Origin: Flectonema sp. DT1601
Taxonomy: Eukaryota
Length of the DNA: 64,000 nucleotides
Assembly: GCA_964019425.1 (NCBI GenBank)
Contig: OZ025800.1
Span: 186,001-250,000 of the forward strand
Reading direction: 5' to 3'
The notes beneath the pieces are model-generated. The model was not told the DNA's origin and made no database searches. It worked only from the letters and a program-made list of their open reading frames with translations. Both the position numbers and the translations under genes were made by a program. How positions within the stretch are numbered: position 1 is the stretch's first letter; every line of letters starts with the position of its first letter. Shown here one piece after another: positions 46,461-58,720 of this stretch.

Positions 46461-47207
46461 TTAATAAGAGTTTCTCGATGACTCAAATGAGCACAATGCT
46501 ATTGACCTGTAAGCTGCTGCTATCACATCCGGTGATACAAAATGACAACTTTCAATTTGGGTTGCGATGTCTTTTGGAGGGATTAGCGTCAAGCGTACAC
46601 AATCAAATATAGAAATAGCATCGGGTGTTGATTTATTATTAATAAACCACTTGGTACAAAATGTATAAATTGAAAGTTCAGACCCTACAACCAAGTCGTC
46701 AGATGATATAATTTTAATAACTAATTGTAATGGGAGATCACAGGCTTTCTCACATCTCAGTAATTGCTCTCCGTTTCCTATCAGTAATCGTACTGCCGGG
46801 TTGTATATTTCCGCATCACCGATGAGAAATCCCTGGACTGCTACACAGCAGCAGGTCTCAACACTTTTGATCATTCTTTGCTGAAGCTGGTTGTGTAAAA
46901 GTGTACGGAGGTCTGTAAGTTCGAAATAGTCTGCTGCTGTCAACTGTTCTATCAGTTCATCATCCTCCATCACCATCACCTCTTCAGTGTAAATGTAGCG
47001 AATGATTCTTTCAAATGCCTGCGGTCGGACTTCGTTTATAGCTATTTCTCTACCTCCGTGCCGAAGTACTTTTTCGAAATATCCGGACCTGGTAGCCAGA
47101 ACACACCTGTGACCTTTGTATTGCATAGCACCATTATCAACGGTGATCAGAACATCAGCATAGTATTTGTCTGGATGCTCAAACAACATTGAGAAAGAGG
47201 AATTCAT
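46461..47207 (-). CDS. BTB/POZ-BACK domain protein
   Basis: ADVLITV...GHRCVLATRSGYF...FERIIRYIYT...AADYFEL (BTB); IISSDDLVVGSELSIY...W...VRLTLI (BACK). Confidence 0.9.
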   Translation of the reverse strand: MNSSFSMLFEHPDKYYADVLITVDNGAMQYKGHRCVLATRSGYFEKVLRHGGREIAINEVRPQAFERIIRYIYTEEVMVMEDDELIEQLTAADYFELTDLRTLLHNQLQQRMIKSVETCCCVAVQGFLIGDAEIYNPAVRLLIGNGEQLLRCEKACDLPLQLVIKIISSDDLVVGSELSIYTFCTKWFINNKSTPDAISIFDCVRLTLIPPKDIATQIESCHFVSPDVIAAAYRSIALCSFESSRNSY

Positions 47208-48093
47208 CTTCCTCCAGTAGATACCTGTATTAAGATATTTTAAGACTCAAAGTGGTGCATCATGAAACACGTATTTTTGTACATCTGTTATTCGTTTCTG
47301 CAAGAGAAGAAAAACAATCGAACACGGTATAACAAACAAACACATCTAAAGGGACCTACCCATATCGAATAATAAAAAAAATAGTAACAATAACAACTAC
47401 AATACTCTTATCACATTTTACTGCGAAAGGAGGGGGGATTTTTTTTTGGGAGCTTTTATATGGGTGCTTTTTTTATTTGCTTTATCACGGGGTTGTAGCG
47501 CGCTACAAATCAGCCCATATATATGGGCTCTTTAAAAAGAAATATGGGCTGATTATTGGGCACCAAGGTATCGCTTTCGTAGCTCTTCCCTATTCTGTCA
47601 TCATCGTATGAAATTCACATCTTAATATTCTTGTTCTACTTAACAAGGGTTAGTTTGGTGCAAGAAAAGTGGCTCCATATTTTTTTTGTGGGCACTACAA
47701 CTATGTTTATTCCCTTTTTTTAATACCTCGAGTTTACAACTTGTTGACAGCTTAGCTTAGGTTTTCAAGTGTTTTTTTTTTATCCTTTAACAAAAATGTT
47801 AAAAAGGAAAAAAAAAAAAAAAAAAAACATAACACGGACAACACATTATTTCCACAAAGGATGTGGAGATAATTTATTACTTTCTTTTTTGTGTACAATT
47901 TAAGTAATTATTAATAATAATAAAAGAAACATGATAAAGAAGACCTATTTTGTCTACAGTACAAGTACATTACTTTTTTCAACCACAGAAAAAATGCGGC
48001 GAAATACAACCTTGGTGTGAGCAGTAACCACTGGTGGAATGAATACCTACCTCGATAAGCGTTTGGGATCCTAACAACCTTGAAGTCCTAGTA

Positions 48094-49164
48094 TCACGTA
48101 GGTCGAGTCCACTGTCTATTTCCTGTCACATGTCTGTAGAAAACGTGTCCCTTTGATGATTGGACTTGTGACCATCCTGGTGGTAATGTTACAGTTTTCT
48201 GAATTGGTTCTGGTCCGTACCTTTTAACGAGACTGTGCATCAGAGCTTCTTCACAACCGTGATACTCTCGAAGAAGATTTGGTATCGAAGGAAGTCTGTG
48301 TGGGTTATAACGTTCAAACATATTAAGTAAACGATCTCTATAAACAGCGTTAACAGCTGGTTGTGCTTTTCTAGGAGATTGCGTTATTACCATAGGAGAC
48401 ATATCACCGGCAGGAGGAATGTCTTCACGTTTTGGTGAAGGTCCAGCATATGGATCCCTTCCTTCCCAAAGCATTCTTGCTAAATGTGTTTCTATGGATC
48501 GACTTGTGAGGTCGAATGGCTTCCCTCCAATACAAATCTCACAGGGCTCTACATTTAATGGCTCACCCACATATGACTCAAATAAGACAGCTATTCTACC
48601 AGGATCTCCAGTAGTGGCTGGTCCAAGAACAGTTCCAATATCACCTCCCTGTACAATCATTACCTTCTCATCATGAAGCATAATGTGAAGAGGGTGAGCA
48701 GCTTCTACCTGTTGACCTGTTGCGTATCCGTGAATGAGTAACCCGCTAACACCAGCTCCAGGAACAGAGTCACCAGCACTGTACTCTAAAGACTCAGACA
48801 TTGGTAAAGCTGTATCTCTATTCGTTGATCTGATTCTTAAGGCTCCTTGACTGTCCATTCCTAAATTCAATTGCGGGGTATCAAACCTTCCTCCGCTAAA
48901 TGCCGGACTAGCAAATGCATGTCCAGGATAGGGTACGCCTTGTCTAGATACTGGAGATCCACTGTTAGATCCCAATAACGGAGAGTTATTTATGTTCAGA
49001 TTCGTAAACGGACTCGTTCTCGGTGGGGACTTGCCGTTAACGTACTCATCAAAATGAACACCCCTTCCGAGAGTCGGTGAAGTATTTCCCACTCCAATCG
49101 AATGAATTCCTGCGTTTACCTCGTCAAGGCCGCTCACCGCAGCTGAAATGTCTCCCAAACCCAT
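48094..49164 (-). CDS. Hypothetical protein with C-terminal WW domain
   Basis: LPPGWSQVQSSKGHVFYRHVTGNRQWTRP (WW), preceded by an RL..F..YNP...L...YGPEP helical module. Confidence 0.85.
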   Translation of the reverse strand: MGLGDISAAVSGLDEVNAGIHSIGVGNTSPTLGRGVHFDEYVNGKSPPRTSPFTNLNINNSPLLGSNSGSPVSRQGVPYPGHAFASPAFSGGRFDTPQLNLGMDSQGALRIRSTNRDTALPMSESLEYSAGDSVPGAGVSGLLIHGYATGQQVEAAHPLHIMLHDEKVMIVQGGDIGTVLGPATTGDPGRIAVLFESYVGEPLNVEPCEICIGGKPFDLTSRSIETHLARMLWEGRDPYAGPSPKREDIPPAGDMSPMVITQSPRKAQPAVNAVYRDRLLNMFERYNPHRLPSIPNLLREYHGCEEALMHSLVKRYGPEPIQKTVTLPPGWSQVQSSKGHVFYRHVTGNRQWTRPT

Positions 49165-49537
49165 TCAGTTTCCTTATATCCCTTTATTAAAAAATAGATT
49201 TAAATATAACAGTAAATAATGAAAGAAGTTACTGGAGATTGTATCCCAGACTAAAAAAAAAAAACCAATTAAAAAGTGGAAGTTGAGTTTTCATTGACAA
49301 AATAAAATTTCTGCCCTGCGAGTTATAACATCAATGAACTACCCACGAAGGGAGCAATGGAAGAGAATAGAAAAGGGAAAGACAAAATACTTCAGCAAAG
49401 TAAGAAGCTTGATATTCCGACAACCAAAACGGCAAAGAAAAGGTGGAGAGCAGCCGATGAATCCAACTGCAACCCACCATTCGCTGCGAGAAGGCAAATA
49501 AAAAAAAGACGTTGGAAGGTAAAGAGAGAAATAGAAG

Positions 49538-49801
49538 AGGTAGTTCTGGTGAGCTCTCTGTCCGGCGTTGAATTTCAACCACTCCTTGTATGGGAGCTTA
49601 GCAGCGTGTCTGCCATCTCCCATGTCTGGGTATCCTCCCTTTGGGATATCATGACCGTACAGATGTGCTCATTGTATTCCGTGTTTTCTTCAAGTAAAGT
49701 CTCTCTTATGAAATTTATATTTAAGATGCGCAATGAAATGCAATTATAATTATTGAAAACAGAGCGTACCCGTAATCTTCAGGGAAGTAGCAATGACCAT
49801 T
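49538..49801 (-). pseudogene. MAPEG pseudogene fragment (frameshifted, internally deleted, 3'-truncated)
   Basis: The 5' part matches the 50151-50672 gene with a frameshift and a deletion; the 3' part (HAAKLPYKEWLKFNAGQRAHQNY) matches the 51646-52167 gene. Confidence 0.8.
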
Positions 49802-50150
49802 GTTATGTCAACTACTTCGCCATCATAGTTTCCGAAGATATGAATCTCCTTAGCAAGCGGTGGTAGATAGGGAAGCAAATATATTGCATACAAAATAAAA
49901 AAGAAAAACAAAATGCAAGATTTTAAGGAAGAGAGCAACTTTCTGGCACCGAAGAGAACAGAAACGGGGAAAGACAAAACTCTTCAGCAAAATAATTATG
50001 AAGATTGATATTCCAGAGAGCAGTGAACGATAACCAAAACGGCAAAAAAAGGTGGAGAGCAGCTGATGAATCCAACTGCAACCCACTATTCGCTGCGAGA
50101 AGGCAACGAAAAAAAAGACGTTGGAAGGTAAAGAGGAAATAGAACGACAC

Positions 50151-50672
50151 TTAGTCAAATAGCCTGGTGAATGATAACGAGGTATAGGCGGCTAAACCAA
50201 AGAGACCAAGAAGGGGTAAAAAGAAAAACTCACCCCAAAATCTGCCTTTAGGTCCAGCTCTACGGTATCCAATACAATAAATTTCTCTTCCAATGACATA
50301 GACGAGAGACATTATTGCAGTAGCAATCGGATACTTCAATCCAGCAACCGCTATGGAGCTCAACACTAATGGAAGTCCCTCGACGTAGTTCTGGTGAGCT
50401 CTCTGTCCAACACTTAATTTCAACCACTCCTTGAATGGGAGCTTAGCAGCGAATCTGCCATCTCCCATGTCTGGGTATCCTCCTTTTTGAATATCATGAC
50501 CGAACAGCTCATTGTATTCCGTGTTCTCTTCAAGTAAAGTCTCTCTTATGAAATTTATATTTAAGATGCGCCCTCTTCCGTTGCGGTACCCTTGAATAGT
50601 GCAATGAAATGCAATTATAATTATTGAAAACAGAGCGTACCCGTAATCTTCAGGGAAAGTAGCAGTGACCAT
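50151..50672 (-). CDS. MAPEG family protein (microsomal glutathione S-transferase 3-like)
   Basis: GYPDMG, QRAHQNYVEGLP, GLKYP, GREIYCIGY...GPKGR; four hydrophobic helices. Confidence 0.92.
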   Translation of the reverse strand: MVTATFPEDYGYALFSIIIIAFHCTIQGYRNGRGRILNINFIRETLLEENTEYNELFGHDIQKGGYPDMGDGRFAAKLPFKEWLKLSVGQRAHQNYVEGLPLVLSSIAVAGLKYPIATAIMSLVYVIGREIYCIGYRRAGPKGRFWGEFFFLPLLGLFGLAAYTSLSFTRLFD

Positions 50673-50971
50673 TGTTGTGGAATTAAACCAAATCTTAAAG
50701 AGGGAAAAAAAGTAAATTAGAAATCCGAATACACGTCACAATTTCATCGCAGTCATAGTTTCGAAGATACGCATCTCCTTAGCAAGCGGTGGTAGGTAGG
50801 GAGGCAAAAACATTGCATACAAAATAAAATGAAAAACAAAATTTTCAACAAGAAATAATCGTTAGCCTTTCAAAAAATATATCTCGGGCTCCATAAACTT
50901 TCTGAAAGTAATTTCTATTTTTTTTTTTTTTTTTCTCCCCTTTATTTGCATTTCTTTTTTAATACTCAACG

Positions 50972-51245
50972 CTACGCCAAGTTAAGGAAGTTGGTAAACG
51001 ACAAAGACGTTTGGGCGGAGGCACCAAGTAGAAGAATAAGAGGAATGTTAAACCAGATTCCTCTCAATCTACCATTAGCACCATTAGCACGGTATCCAGA
51101 ACAGAAGAACTCTCTTCCAAGGATGTAGACAACAGCGTTAACAGCAGTAAATAAAGGATACTTCAATCCAGCAATCGCTACAAAGGTCATAATGGTTGCA
51201 GATAGTTTAGTTCAACCACTCTTAGTACGAAAGCTTAGCAGTTTA
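50972..51245 (-). pseudogene. MAPEG 3'-half fragment
   Basis: Near-identical to the 3' half of 51646-52167; only a decayed match upstream (51210-51245); no N-terminal half. Confidence 0.8.
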
Positions 51246-51645
51246 TGAAGGTAAGAATAATAATTTACTAATAGTAATGGGAAACAATACTTGGTAACAG
51301 GGTAATCATCAGTTATGTGTATAATCTACTCGAAAGTTGTCACAAAAAGGAAATATTACTTTAGAAGGGTGTGTTGAATTAATGAGAATCTGATTTACAC
51401 GGCTGCAAACATTCTTTCTCTTCAATTTGTGAATTTTTATACGTGATTTTTTTTTTTTTTTTTTTTTTTTTTAAGTATCATTTTTTGAAAAAAAGTATCT
51501 TCATCTTCTTCCTCTTCTTGAGAAATTCTGAATTGGAATAACTTTCTTTATATTTCTTTTCTCTTTCTCTTTTTTTTTGTTCTGAATGCGTTCGAATTTT
51601 TTTTTTTTTTTTTTTTGCTATTTTAGGTGACTGACTACTTGACAC

Positions 51646-52167
51646 CTAATCCAGGAGGTTGGTAAACGACAAAGACGCTTGGACGGAGGCACCAAGTAGA
51701 AGAATAAGAGGAATGTTAAACCAGATTCCTCTCAATCTACCATTAGCACCATTAGCACGGTATCCAGAACAGAAGAACTCTCTTCCAAGGATGTAGACAA
51801 CAGAGTTAACAGCAGTAAATAAAGGATACTTCAATCCAGCAATCGCTACAAAGGTCATAACAATTGGAAGTCCCTCGAGGTAGTTCTGGTGAGCTCTCTG
51901 TCCGGCATTGAATTTCAACCACTCCTTGTATGGGAGCTTAGCAGCGTGTCTGCCATCTCCCATGTCTGGGTATCCTCCCTTTGGGATATCATGACCGTAT
52001 AGCTCATTGTACTGCTTGTTTTCATCAGTGAGATTTTCTTTGATGAACTGCAGGCTCATGAAGTTGTATCTTCCGATACGGAGCGCCTGCGTAAAGCAAT
52101 GGAACGCAATTCCAATCAACGACAGGAGAACGTATCCATACTCTTCAGGGAAGGTAACAGCAACCAT
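51646..52167 (-). CDS. MAPEG family protein (microsomal glutathione S-transferase 3-like), paralogue
   Basis: GYPDMG, FNAGQRAHQNYLEGLP, GREFFCSGY; same length (173 aa) as the 50151-50672 gene. Confidence 0.92.
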   Translation of the reverse strand: MVAVTFPEEYGYVLLSLIGIAFHCFTQALRIGRYNFMSLQFIKENLTDENKQYNELYGHDIPKGGYPDMGDGRHAAKLPYKEWLKFNAGQRAHQNYLEGLPIVMTFVAIAGLKYPLFTAVNSVVYILGREFFCSGYRANGANGRLRGIWFNIPLILLLGASVQASLSFTNLLD

Positions 52168-52553
52168 TGTTGTGAAGATAAGGTTAATTTACTGGAGGAG
52201 AGTAGGTAGAATTAATTTTAGGAAGCAATCTACTACTCAGAAATACACCTCAAGAGTACCTATCAATAGGAAGTAAGGAAATAGTAAGTAACCTGTAATA
52301 TGGGAAGAGAAGTTTATTTCTATTATTTTATACAAGTTATAAAGCAGCATAAGAGTATTTCACTTTTATATTTATTCCATCTCATCTCCTCCGACATGTA
52401 TGAGATGTTTAAAAGAAAAGTTTAATAAAAAGGCAACACAACAAGAGTCTTAATTGTTAACATGAAAGATGGTACGGTTTATGCTTAATCAGCAATACGT
52501 TTTTTATTGGAAAGAAAAGGCTAGACGGTAAAGAGGAAAAAAAAAGAAATAAT

Positions 52554-53174
52554 TCACTGCATTGGGTTCATAGAAACAAATCCCTCGACAACTCTAAGCA
52601 GGTCAACAACATCGTCTCTGTAGTTTCCGACTTTACCAATTGGGTTGCGAGTTAGTCTTCTGAGTTGTGTTATCAAGTCATTAACAATAGTAGTCATCAC
52701 TGGTTGAGTTAATACTTCGCCCCACATCTTAACACCTTCATATAGCATCACTAGACTATTGTAAGCAATAACTGGATCTTGAAGCCAGAGTATCAATGTT
52801 GGAAGAAGTTTTTGAAAACCGAGAGTACCAATTGTCTTGTATTGATTTAGTCCAACTGATACTAATAATGTTCTCACATCACAACCACTGTTGAGGGCTA
52901 TCAGAAGTTTATCTCTAAATGACGAATCAACAACAGTATTTGAAATAACATCTTTGTCATCGACTGCAGTATTGGTGTTGGTGTTTATACTGCCAGCTTC
53001 TAAAGTAAATCTGAACCTTTCAATCACTTCTCCAATAGCAGCAATCGCCTCGTGATGCTGTCGATGCCAACGTAGGGACTGTTTGTGATATTCTTCAATT
53101 CTCTCTTCTTGTTTTGAGAGTGCTTCAAGTGCAGTTGTCAGGGCATGTTTCACATCATCACATTCGTCAGTCAT
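52554..53174 (-). CDS. Hypothetical protein: N-terminal coiled coil, helical C-terminal domain (weakly katanin p80 C-terminal-like)
   Basis: 206-aa ORF; the domain resemblance is by eye only. Confidence 0.6.
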   Translation of the reverse strand: MTDECDDVKHALTTALEALSKQEERIEEYHKQSLRWHRQHHEAIAAIGEVIERFRFTLEAGSINTNTNTAVDDKDVISNTVVDSSFRDKLLIALNSGCDVRTLLVSVGLNQYKTIGTLGFQKLLPTLILWLQDPVIAYNSLVMLYEGVKMWGEVLTQPVMTTIVNDLITQLRRLTRNPIGKVGNYRDDVVDLLRVVEGFVSMNPMQ

Positions 53175-53728
53175 TTTGTGTAGACTTAATATCTAACTTG
53201 AGTTATACTTTTTAATAACATAAATTCACTTCCATCAGAAGCGGAAGAGAGAAGATAAAATAGATTTTAAAGATTCATAAAGAGGTAGTCTTTCTCAACT
53301 CTTTCACTGTTGAAGAAGAGTAAAGACAACGAAGGGAATAACCATATCCAGGCTCACATGTGCTATTTATTCACCAATCCAGTGTTATCATTATTTGATA
53401 GAAGTATCACAATCTTGGAATGCGAAGGAAAGGCAGAACGAAATCAGAAGATATTGTGAAAGTATTTTGGTTGTTTATTCAGCCAGTGACTGTCAGATAG
53501 TACCGATCCAATGTTATCATCATTTGGGAAGCAGAATGACACAAATAACAGAAAAGAGAAGTTGCGAACTCGTACATCAATGTTACGAACACCTGCGAAG
53601 TGAAAAATAGATAGGAAAAGTAGTGAACACATCAACGTATTAAGAGATCAGTTGGTGTCTATACCAACAGTGACTATCTGTAAGTACTCTTGATAACGAC
53701 AATAGTAAAAAAGATTAAACAGCTTTAC

Positions 53729-54859
53729 TTAATAATCAACAGAGTCGATCCATAGATCGTATGACTTGTCTGAAATAGAAACTTCAAGTTGACCTTCTGC
53801 TGTGACTGACACTACTGTTGCAGAAACACCAGACTGTTCCTTCACTTCGAAGTCATCTCCTTCAATGTCACAAGAAAGTTTAACTTCTTGACCGACAGTA
53901 GGAAGTTTTTTATTTATAATTTCGATATTATGTGAAGTGGCGAATTCGAGTATATCATCAAATGTATTCGAACTAAACATTGCTACTCTCGTCGAGGAAA
54001 CAACAGCTGGAAGGAATGCAATGAGTGATTGATCTTTAAAAACTACTAAAGATGTTGTTGCAGGACGCCTGTCGTCATTTAATAATAAAAACAATCTTTT
54101 TTCACCAATGTCGTCCTTGCGCAAATTCCAAACATCTCCATCAGTATCGGTGACTGCTAAGGTTGTTGCCTTCTTTGTAGTTGAATTTCTAATAAAAGTA
54201 TACAATATGTATTCATCAGAAGGGGTGTCACTGTACTTCTCAAGAGACTGTTGTGAAACATTAAAGTTTAGACGTTCCATTTCCTCAAAGAAGATTAAAT
54301 TATCAACCCAATCACCACGATGCTCATAGGCCAATAGAATTTGTGTGGTATCACTTGCTAAGTTATCAAATGTTGCGGCAAGGTTGATAAGGTCTTCAGC
54401 TACTTGCATGTAGACTACATCAGCAGCGAGTAAGAAGTCAATTGGTGGCTGGTCAGCAGTAACAGCTTTCATATCTGAGTCGTTTCCCCACCATAGGCAG
54501 GCAGCTTTAGCAGAATTCTGTTGCTGATTGATTTGAATATTATTTTCAATTAAAGGAAGAACATCATCAACATCTGTGATCACACTTTCGGTTGCTCCTA
54601 AAGCTGCTGCGACAATACCAACCAAACCAATTCCAGATCCAAGCTCAACCACTCGTTTCCCTTTTATAGATTCTCTAATCGCAACTAAGTGTTTTGATAA
54701 AAGGATCGCAACTTTCCAAATCACTTCTTCAACTCTTGATACACATCCCTGTTTTAACAATAATTCTATTCCACCTTCACTAAATAAAACTTCTTTGCTC
54801 CGTTGCATTTTTGTATAAGCCAATGAGTGATTGACATTTTCTTGCTCATCGAGACCCAT
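53729..54859 (-). CDS. METTL21/Methyltransf_16-family protein-lysine methyltransferase
   Basis: VIW..A..L, KRVVELGSGIGLVG, VITD, LWWGN and LLAADVVY motifs. Confidence 0.9.
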   Translation of the reverse strand: MGLDEQENVNHSLAYTKMQRSKEVLFSEGGIELLLKQGCVSRVEEVIWKVAILLSKHLVAIRESIKGKRVVELGSGIGLVGIVAAALGATESVITDVDDVLPLIENNIQINQQQNSAKAACLWWGNDSDMKAVTADQPPIDFLLAADVVYMQVAEDLINLAATFDNLASDTTQILLAYEHRGDWVDNLIFFEEMERLNFNVSQQSLEKYSDTPSDEYILYTFIRNSTTKKATTLAVTDTDGDVWNLRKDDIGEKRLFLLLNDDRRPATTSLVVFKDQSLIAFLPAVVSSTRVAMFSSNTFDDILEFATSHNIEIINKKLPTVGQEVKLSCDIEGDDFEVKEQSGVSATVVSVTAEGQLEVSISDKSYDLWIDSVDY

Positions 54860-56588
54860 AATTTTACGTGATGATGTCTGGGGTTTGGTAAAAATAGTAT
54901 TCAGACAAACACAAAAATTGTATTAAACTTTATTTTGCTATTCTTGCTTTTATCGAGGGAAAGATCGGGAACAGAATAACCATATGGAGATGAGAGAACT
55001 CTCTTCTCCTCTGTTTTTTTTATATATATATATTTTTTTATATTTTTTAAAAAAACTAATACCAACAACTACCAATTATACATTATCCACTACAATCCGG
55101 TAGCTTTATAAATATATTTCTTCGTTTTTTAACAAAGAATTATCCAAAATCTACTTTTTATCTGCTGCTCAGGTTTCCACTGTCTGAAAATTCATGTGGT
55201 AGATGGTAACAGCATAATACGAAACAGTAAAGACTTAGTGTTGTTAGCCTTTTCTCTGATAAGGAATAATAGGAATATATAAAAAGAAGAATTTCGAAAA
55301 AAAACGTAAGAAAAAGTGAATTGATGAGAAGATCCTTTATATAAAAAAGGAACCATCACAAATATAAAAAAAAAAATAATAAAAAAAAATGAAAGAAAAA
55401 ATTCAAAACCAGCAAACAAAATCTCCCTCTAAACTCTAAAAAAAAAAAAAAAAAAAAAAAATCAATTCTAAAAAAATAAAACACAAAAATTAACTTTTAG
55501 CTAAAATCAACAATCCTAATAGTTTCTTAAAACAGTTTTCAACATACTACGAACTAATACGAAACGAGGTAAAGACGAGTCAATATTTTTTCTGCTCGTC
55601 GAAGTCACAGAGAGTACTGTCCTGCTTTCCAAAACCATCTCATTTGTTGTTCCACTCCAAATCCAAGTAATATTTCTATTCAATGCTGGTCAGCAATAAA
55701 AAGCATTTGTCAGCTCGCTGCCAACGGCCTCAATGCAGACCAAATAAATAATAGAAACAAAAGATAAATGACCGCTTGCTCTTTCTTTGAAGGCAACATT
55801 ACTCGCTTTGTGTGAGAGGCAATGCTTATTGAGGTATTTTTCGCATAAGAACAATCACAGCCAATCAAAACTTCTCCGCTTCATAGCAACGTTAAGAAGT
55901 ATATTGGCGCATGTCCTAAAAAGAAATTTAAAAAAAAAAAAAGAAAAAGAAACTAATTTCGCATTTAGGAGGGGGGCTGCTATTGGCAGTCGCAACTATT
56001 TGAACAATTTCTTATTAATTGAAGTCAAGGAAGCCAAACACAGGAGAGGATCGACCCCAGAAGTATACGACTACTCAGATTTAACGATATTATTAAGTCA
56101 CTATACAGACCGTTGCCAAGCGGAACAAGGGTTTAAGAAATTTAAGAAGTCACGTTGTAACAAACATAAGACACAAATCAAAACAAAGGTCTGATGCACA
56201 ACAGACAACATGACAACTGTGCAGCGACGAGTCAGAAATGTACCAACCTCACAAATAGATGAAACTTCGCACTTTTAAGAAAACGCAATTAGTGTTGTAG
56301 TCAGTCAGTGTACAGGACTCCGACTTTAACATAAAAAGAAATTGCTTTTGTGATTTCAGGCAGTAACCTAATTAATGTAAACAATCAAAGAAAAGACTAA
56401 CTTAACCTGAATGAACTTCTTCTACAATCCACACAGAGTTCTGATATTAATAACGAGTAGCTACTAATGTCATCAATTAATTACGAATAGCGTCATGAGA
56501 TATTTAAATGTAGGCGGAAGGTGAAATCACGCATAACATATCCAGACACGTGATTGATTGAAAACAAGGCAGCAGTAAAGTAAAAGGT

Positions 56589-56625
56589 AATCACATCCAA
56601 TCACATCTAATCACATCCAATCACA
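56589..56625. repeat. Minisatellite (AATCACATCY) x ~3.5
   Basis: aatcacatcc aatcacatct aatcacatcc aatcaca. Confidence 0.75.
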
Positions 56626-57560
56626 GTATAATCATCCGACTCAAAACCACAACAGACACGAACTTAGTATTTGATTTCACAACTGAGAGAGGAAGACTCG
56701 CTGTGTGTCGTTCGGGCGAAGCCTGATTATGGCTGTCGCAATCTCGTAAATGGGTAGTGATAAGAAGAAGAAAGAAAAAAAAACGAGATTATATAAATCT
56801 TTCAACGTGGAGGAGGTTGCATGTTCGATTTTGTAAAAATTACAATTGTGTTGTATCATAAAAACATGAAGATAACTAATTTAACATTAGTTTTAGATAC
56901 AGTGATTAAGGGTGATGCGCAACTTGGAGGAGGGGAGTTGAAAAGCGAGTTAATTTAACACGATAGTTAGCATTGGGTTTATTGTTAAAAAAAGAAATGT
57001 ACTTAAAAATATCAGATAAACGAAAACATCAAATAAATCGTTGTTCTGCTGTTCCATATAATATTAACGGAAAACGTAGTTTCAGTAGGGAGTTCGTTCG
57101 TTCGTTCTTTTTTTTTTTCGAGAAAAAAAAAAAAAAACACACACACACCACGCACACTTCATATTGAGTGTAGTTGGGAAAAAACAATTAAAAAGAAAGT
57201 TCAGAAACAAACAACTTTTAGTTACGTAATGACATTGGTCGGTATTATAAATATATTTAACATTTCAGTTGGCTGCCTGTCCCCTTAGGCAATCCTTGAT
57301 GGGAATGCTAATGATACGCCACCGAACGCAAGAAGCTATGCTTTTATTGTTAAAATATGCAAAGTAAAGTAAAATAAAAATAATTTACTGATAGAAGCCA
57401 AAAACCTCAAAATAAGTATTCAGGGTTGTTTCTTTTAACGTTCATAACCAACACAACCAATAGTCGAAGTCTCTCCCAGAGGAGGACACTAATTGGTCCT
57501 TCGCCAGGAAGACGAATTGACAACAAAAATGAAACAACTAAAAATTAATAACAAAAACGG

Positions 57561-57862
57561 TATCGAAATTTCTGTTTGATTGATAATAAAAATACCTGTT
57601 GATTACTTTATAGTACCATGTACAGGAGACTCTCACTGAGGATGTAGACTCTGCTGAGAACCAGTACAAACCTTTCTTCTTGCTGATGCAGACTTACTGG
57701 CACTGACAAAATAATTGGTTTCTTCTCCGACTTCGTCGGTGCATAAAGAAAATAATATCGAAAGTTCTGTTTGTCCATAAATTCAAAAAGAAAATTGATT
57801 GATAATAAAAGTACCTGTTGATTACTTTATTGTATCATGTACAGGAGACTCTCACTGAGGAT
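57561..57862. repeat. Imperfect ~80-bp direct repeat in intergenic DNA
   Basis: TTGATTGATAATAAAA.TACCTGTTGATTACTTTAT.GTA.CATGTACAGGAGACTCTCACTGAGGAT at ~57576-57643 and ~57795-57862. Confidence 0.85.
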
Positions 57863-58720
57863 AAGATACGAGATGTAATTTGTTATTTAATCCAAACGTT
57901 GCTGTATATTATGAGTGCTAGGTGACTCACAGCAACAAAGGACCCAATCCGTAGCCAATGATGAGCAGCTAAATAATTCATTCCTTGTTTTTCTTTTTTC
58001 TAGTGGAGGGAAATTATCTGCAAGAAGTTGAAGAACGGAACAAAAAAAAATAATTAGTGGGAGATCTCTTTTTTTTTTTTCTTTAAACCAACCTTATATC
58101 ATACGAATGTAGATCTTGTTTATTATTTTTAGAACAAAATACTTTTTTTCCCCCCCACCCATTTCTTTTTCCATTCAATTTCTTTCTTCAAAACAGTTAC
58201 GGGTAAGCTATGCAGAAAATCACGTAATAAAAATTTCAGGTAAGTGATAACCTAATGTTAAAGGGAAAAAGAAAAAAATTGAGACCAATATCACCCTCGA
58301 TGGCCTACTGTGATTCACGCTTTAAATCAATTTCACACAGGAAAAAAAAAAAAAAAAAAAAAAACTCACTGACACCAGATCTCTCTGCGTCCGGTAGTAA
58401 AAAGAATACTCTTGCGTGACAGTATTGTAATAGTCACACAGAGAGAAAGGGTGGAATTCAAGTTAACGACATTTTTTCTAATCAACTAACGCTATCTGAT
58501 CAGGGCCTAGTGTTCTATTGCCTTGACGATACGGTCAATTAATTGAAATAAAAAAAAACCCCCCAACAAGGGTACAAAACAATAACTGAACGCAGAATCC
58601 ATAAAGAAAACTGATTAAAAAAATTTGGTGAAGAACGGGAGACAAGGGGAACATAAAAAAAAAAAAAAAAAAAAGAATAAAAAATCAATCGTAATTTCGT
58701 CAAACAAGGAGCAGCCTTAC

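Noticed and set aside
58484..58495. AACTAACGCTAT, identical to the 5' end of the kinetoplastid spliced leader
   Set aside because: Only 12 nt match; the downstream CAGTTTCTGTA and donor site are absent.
54900..58700. Short ORFs in the long AT-rich intergenic region
   Set aside because: Low-complexity, homopolymer-driven translations; no coding signal or RNA gene recognised.
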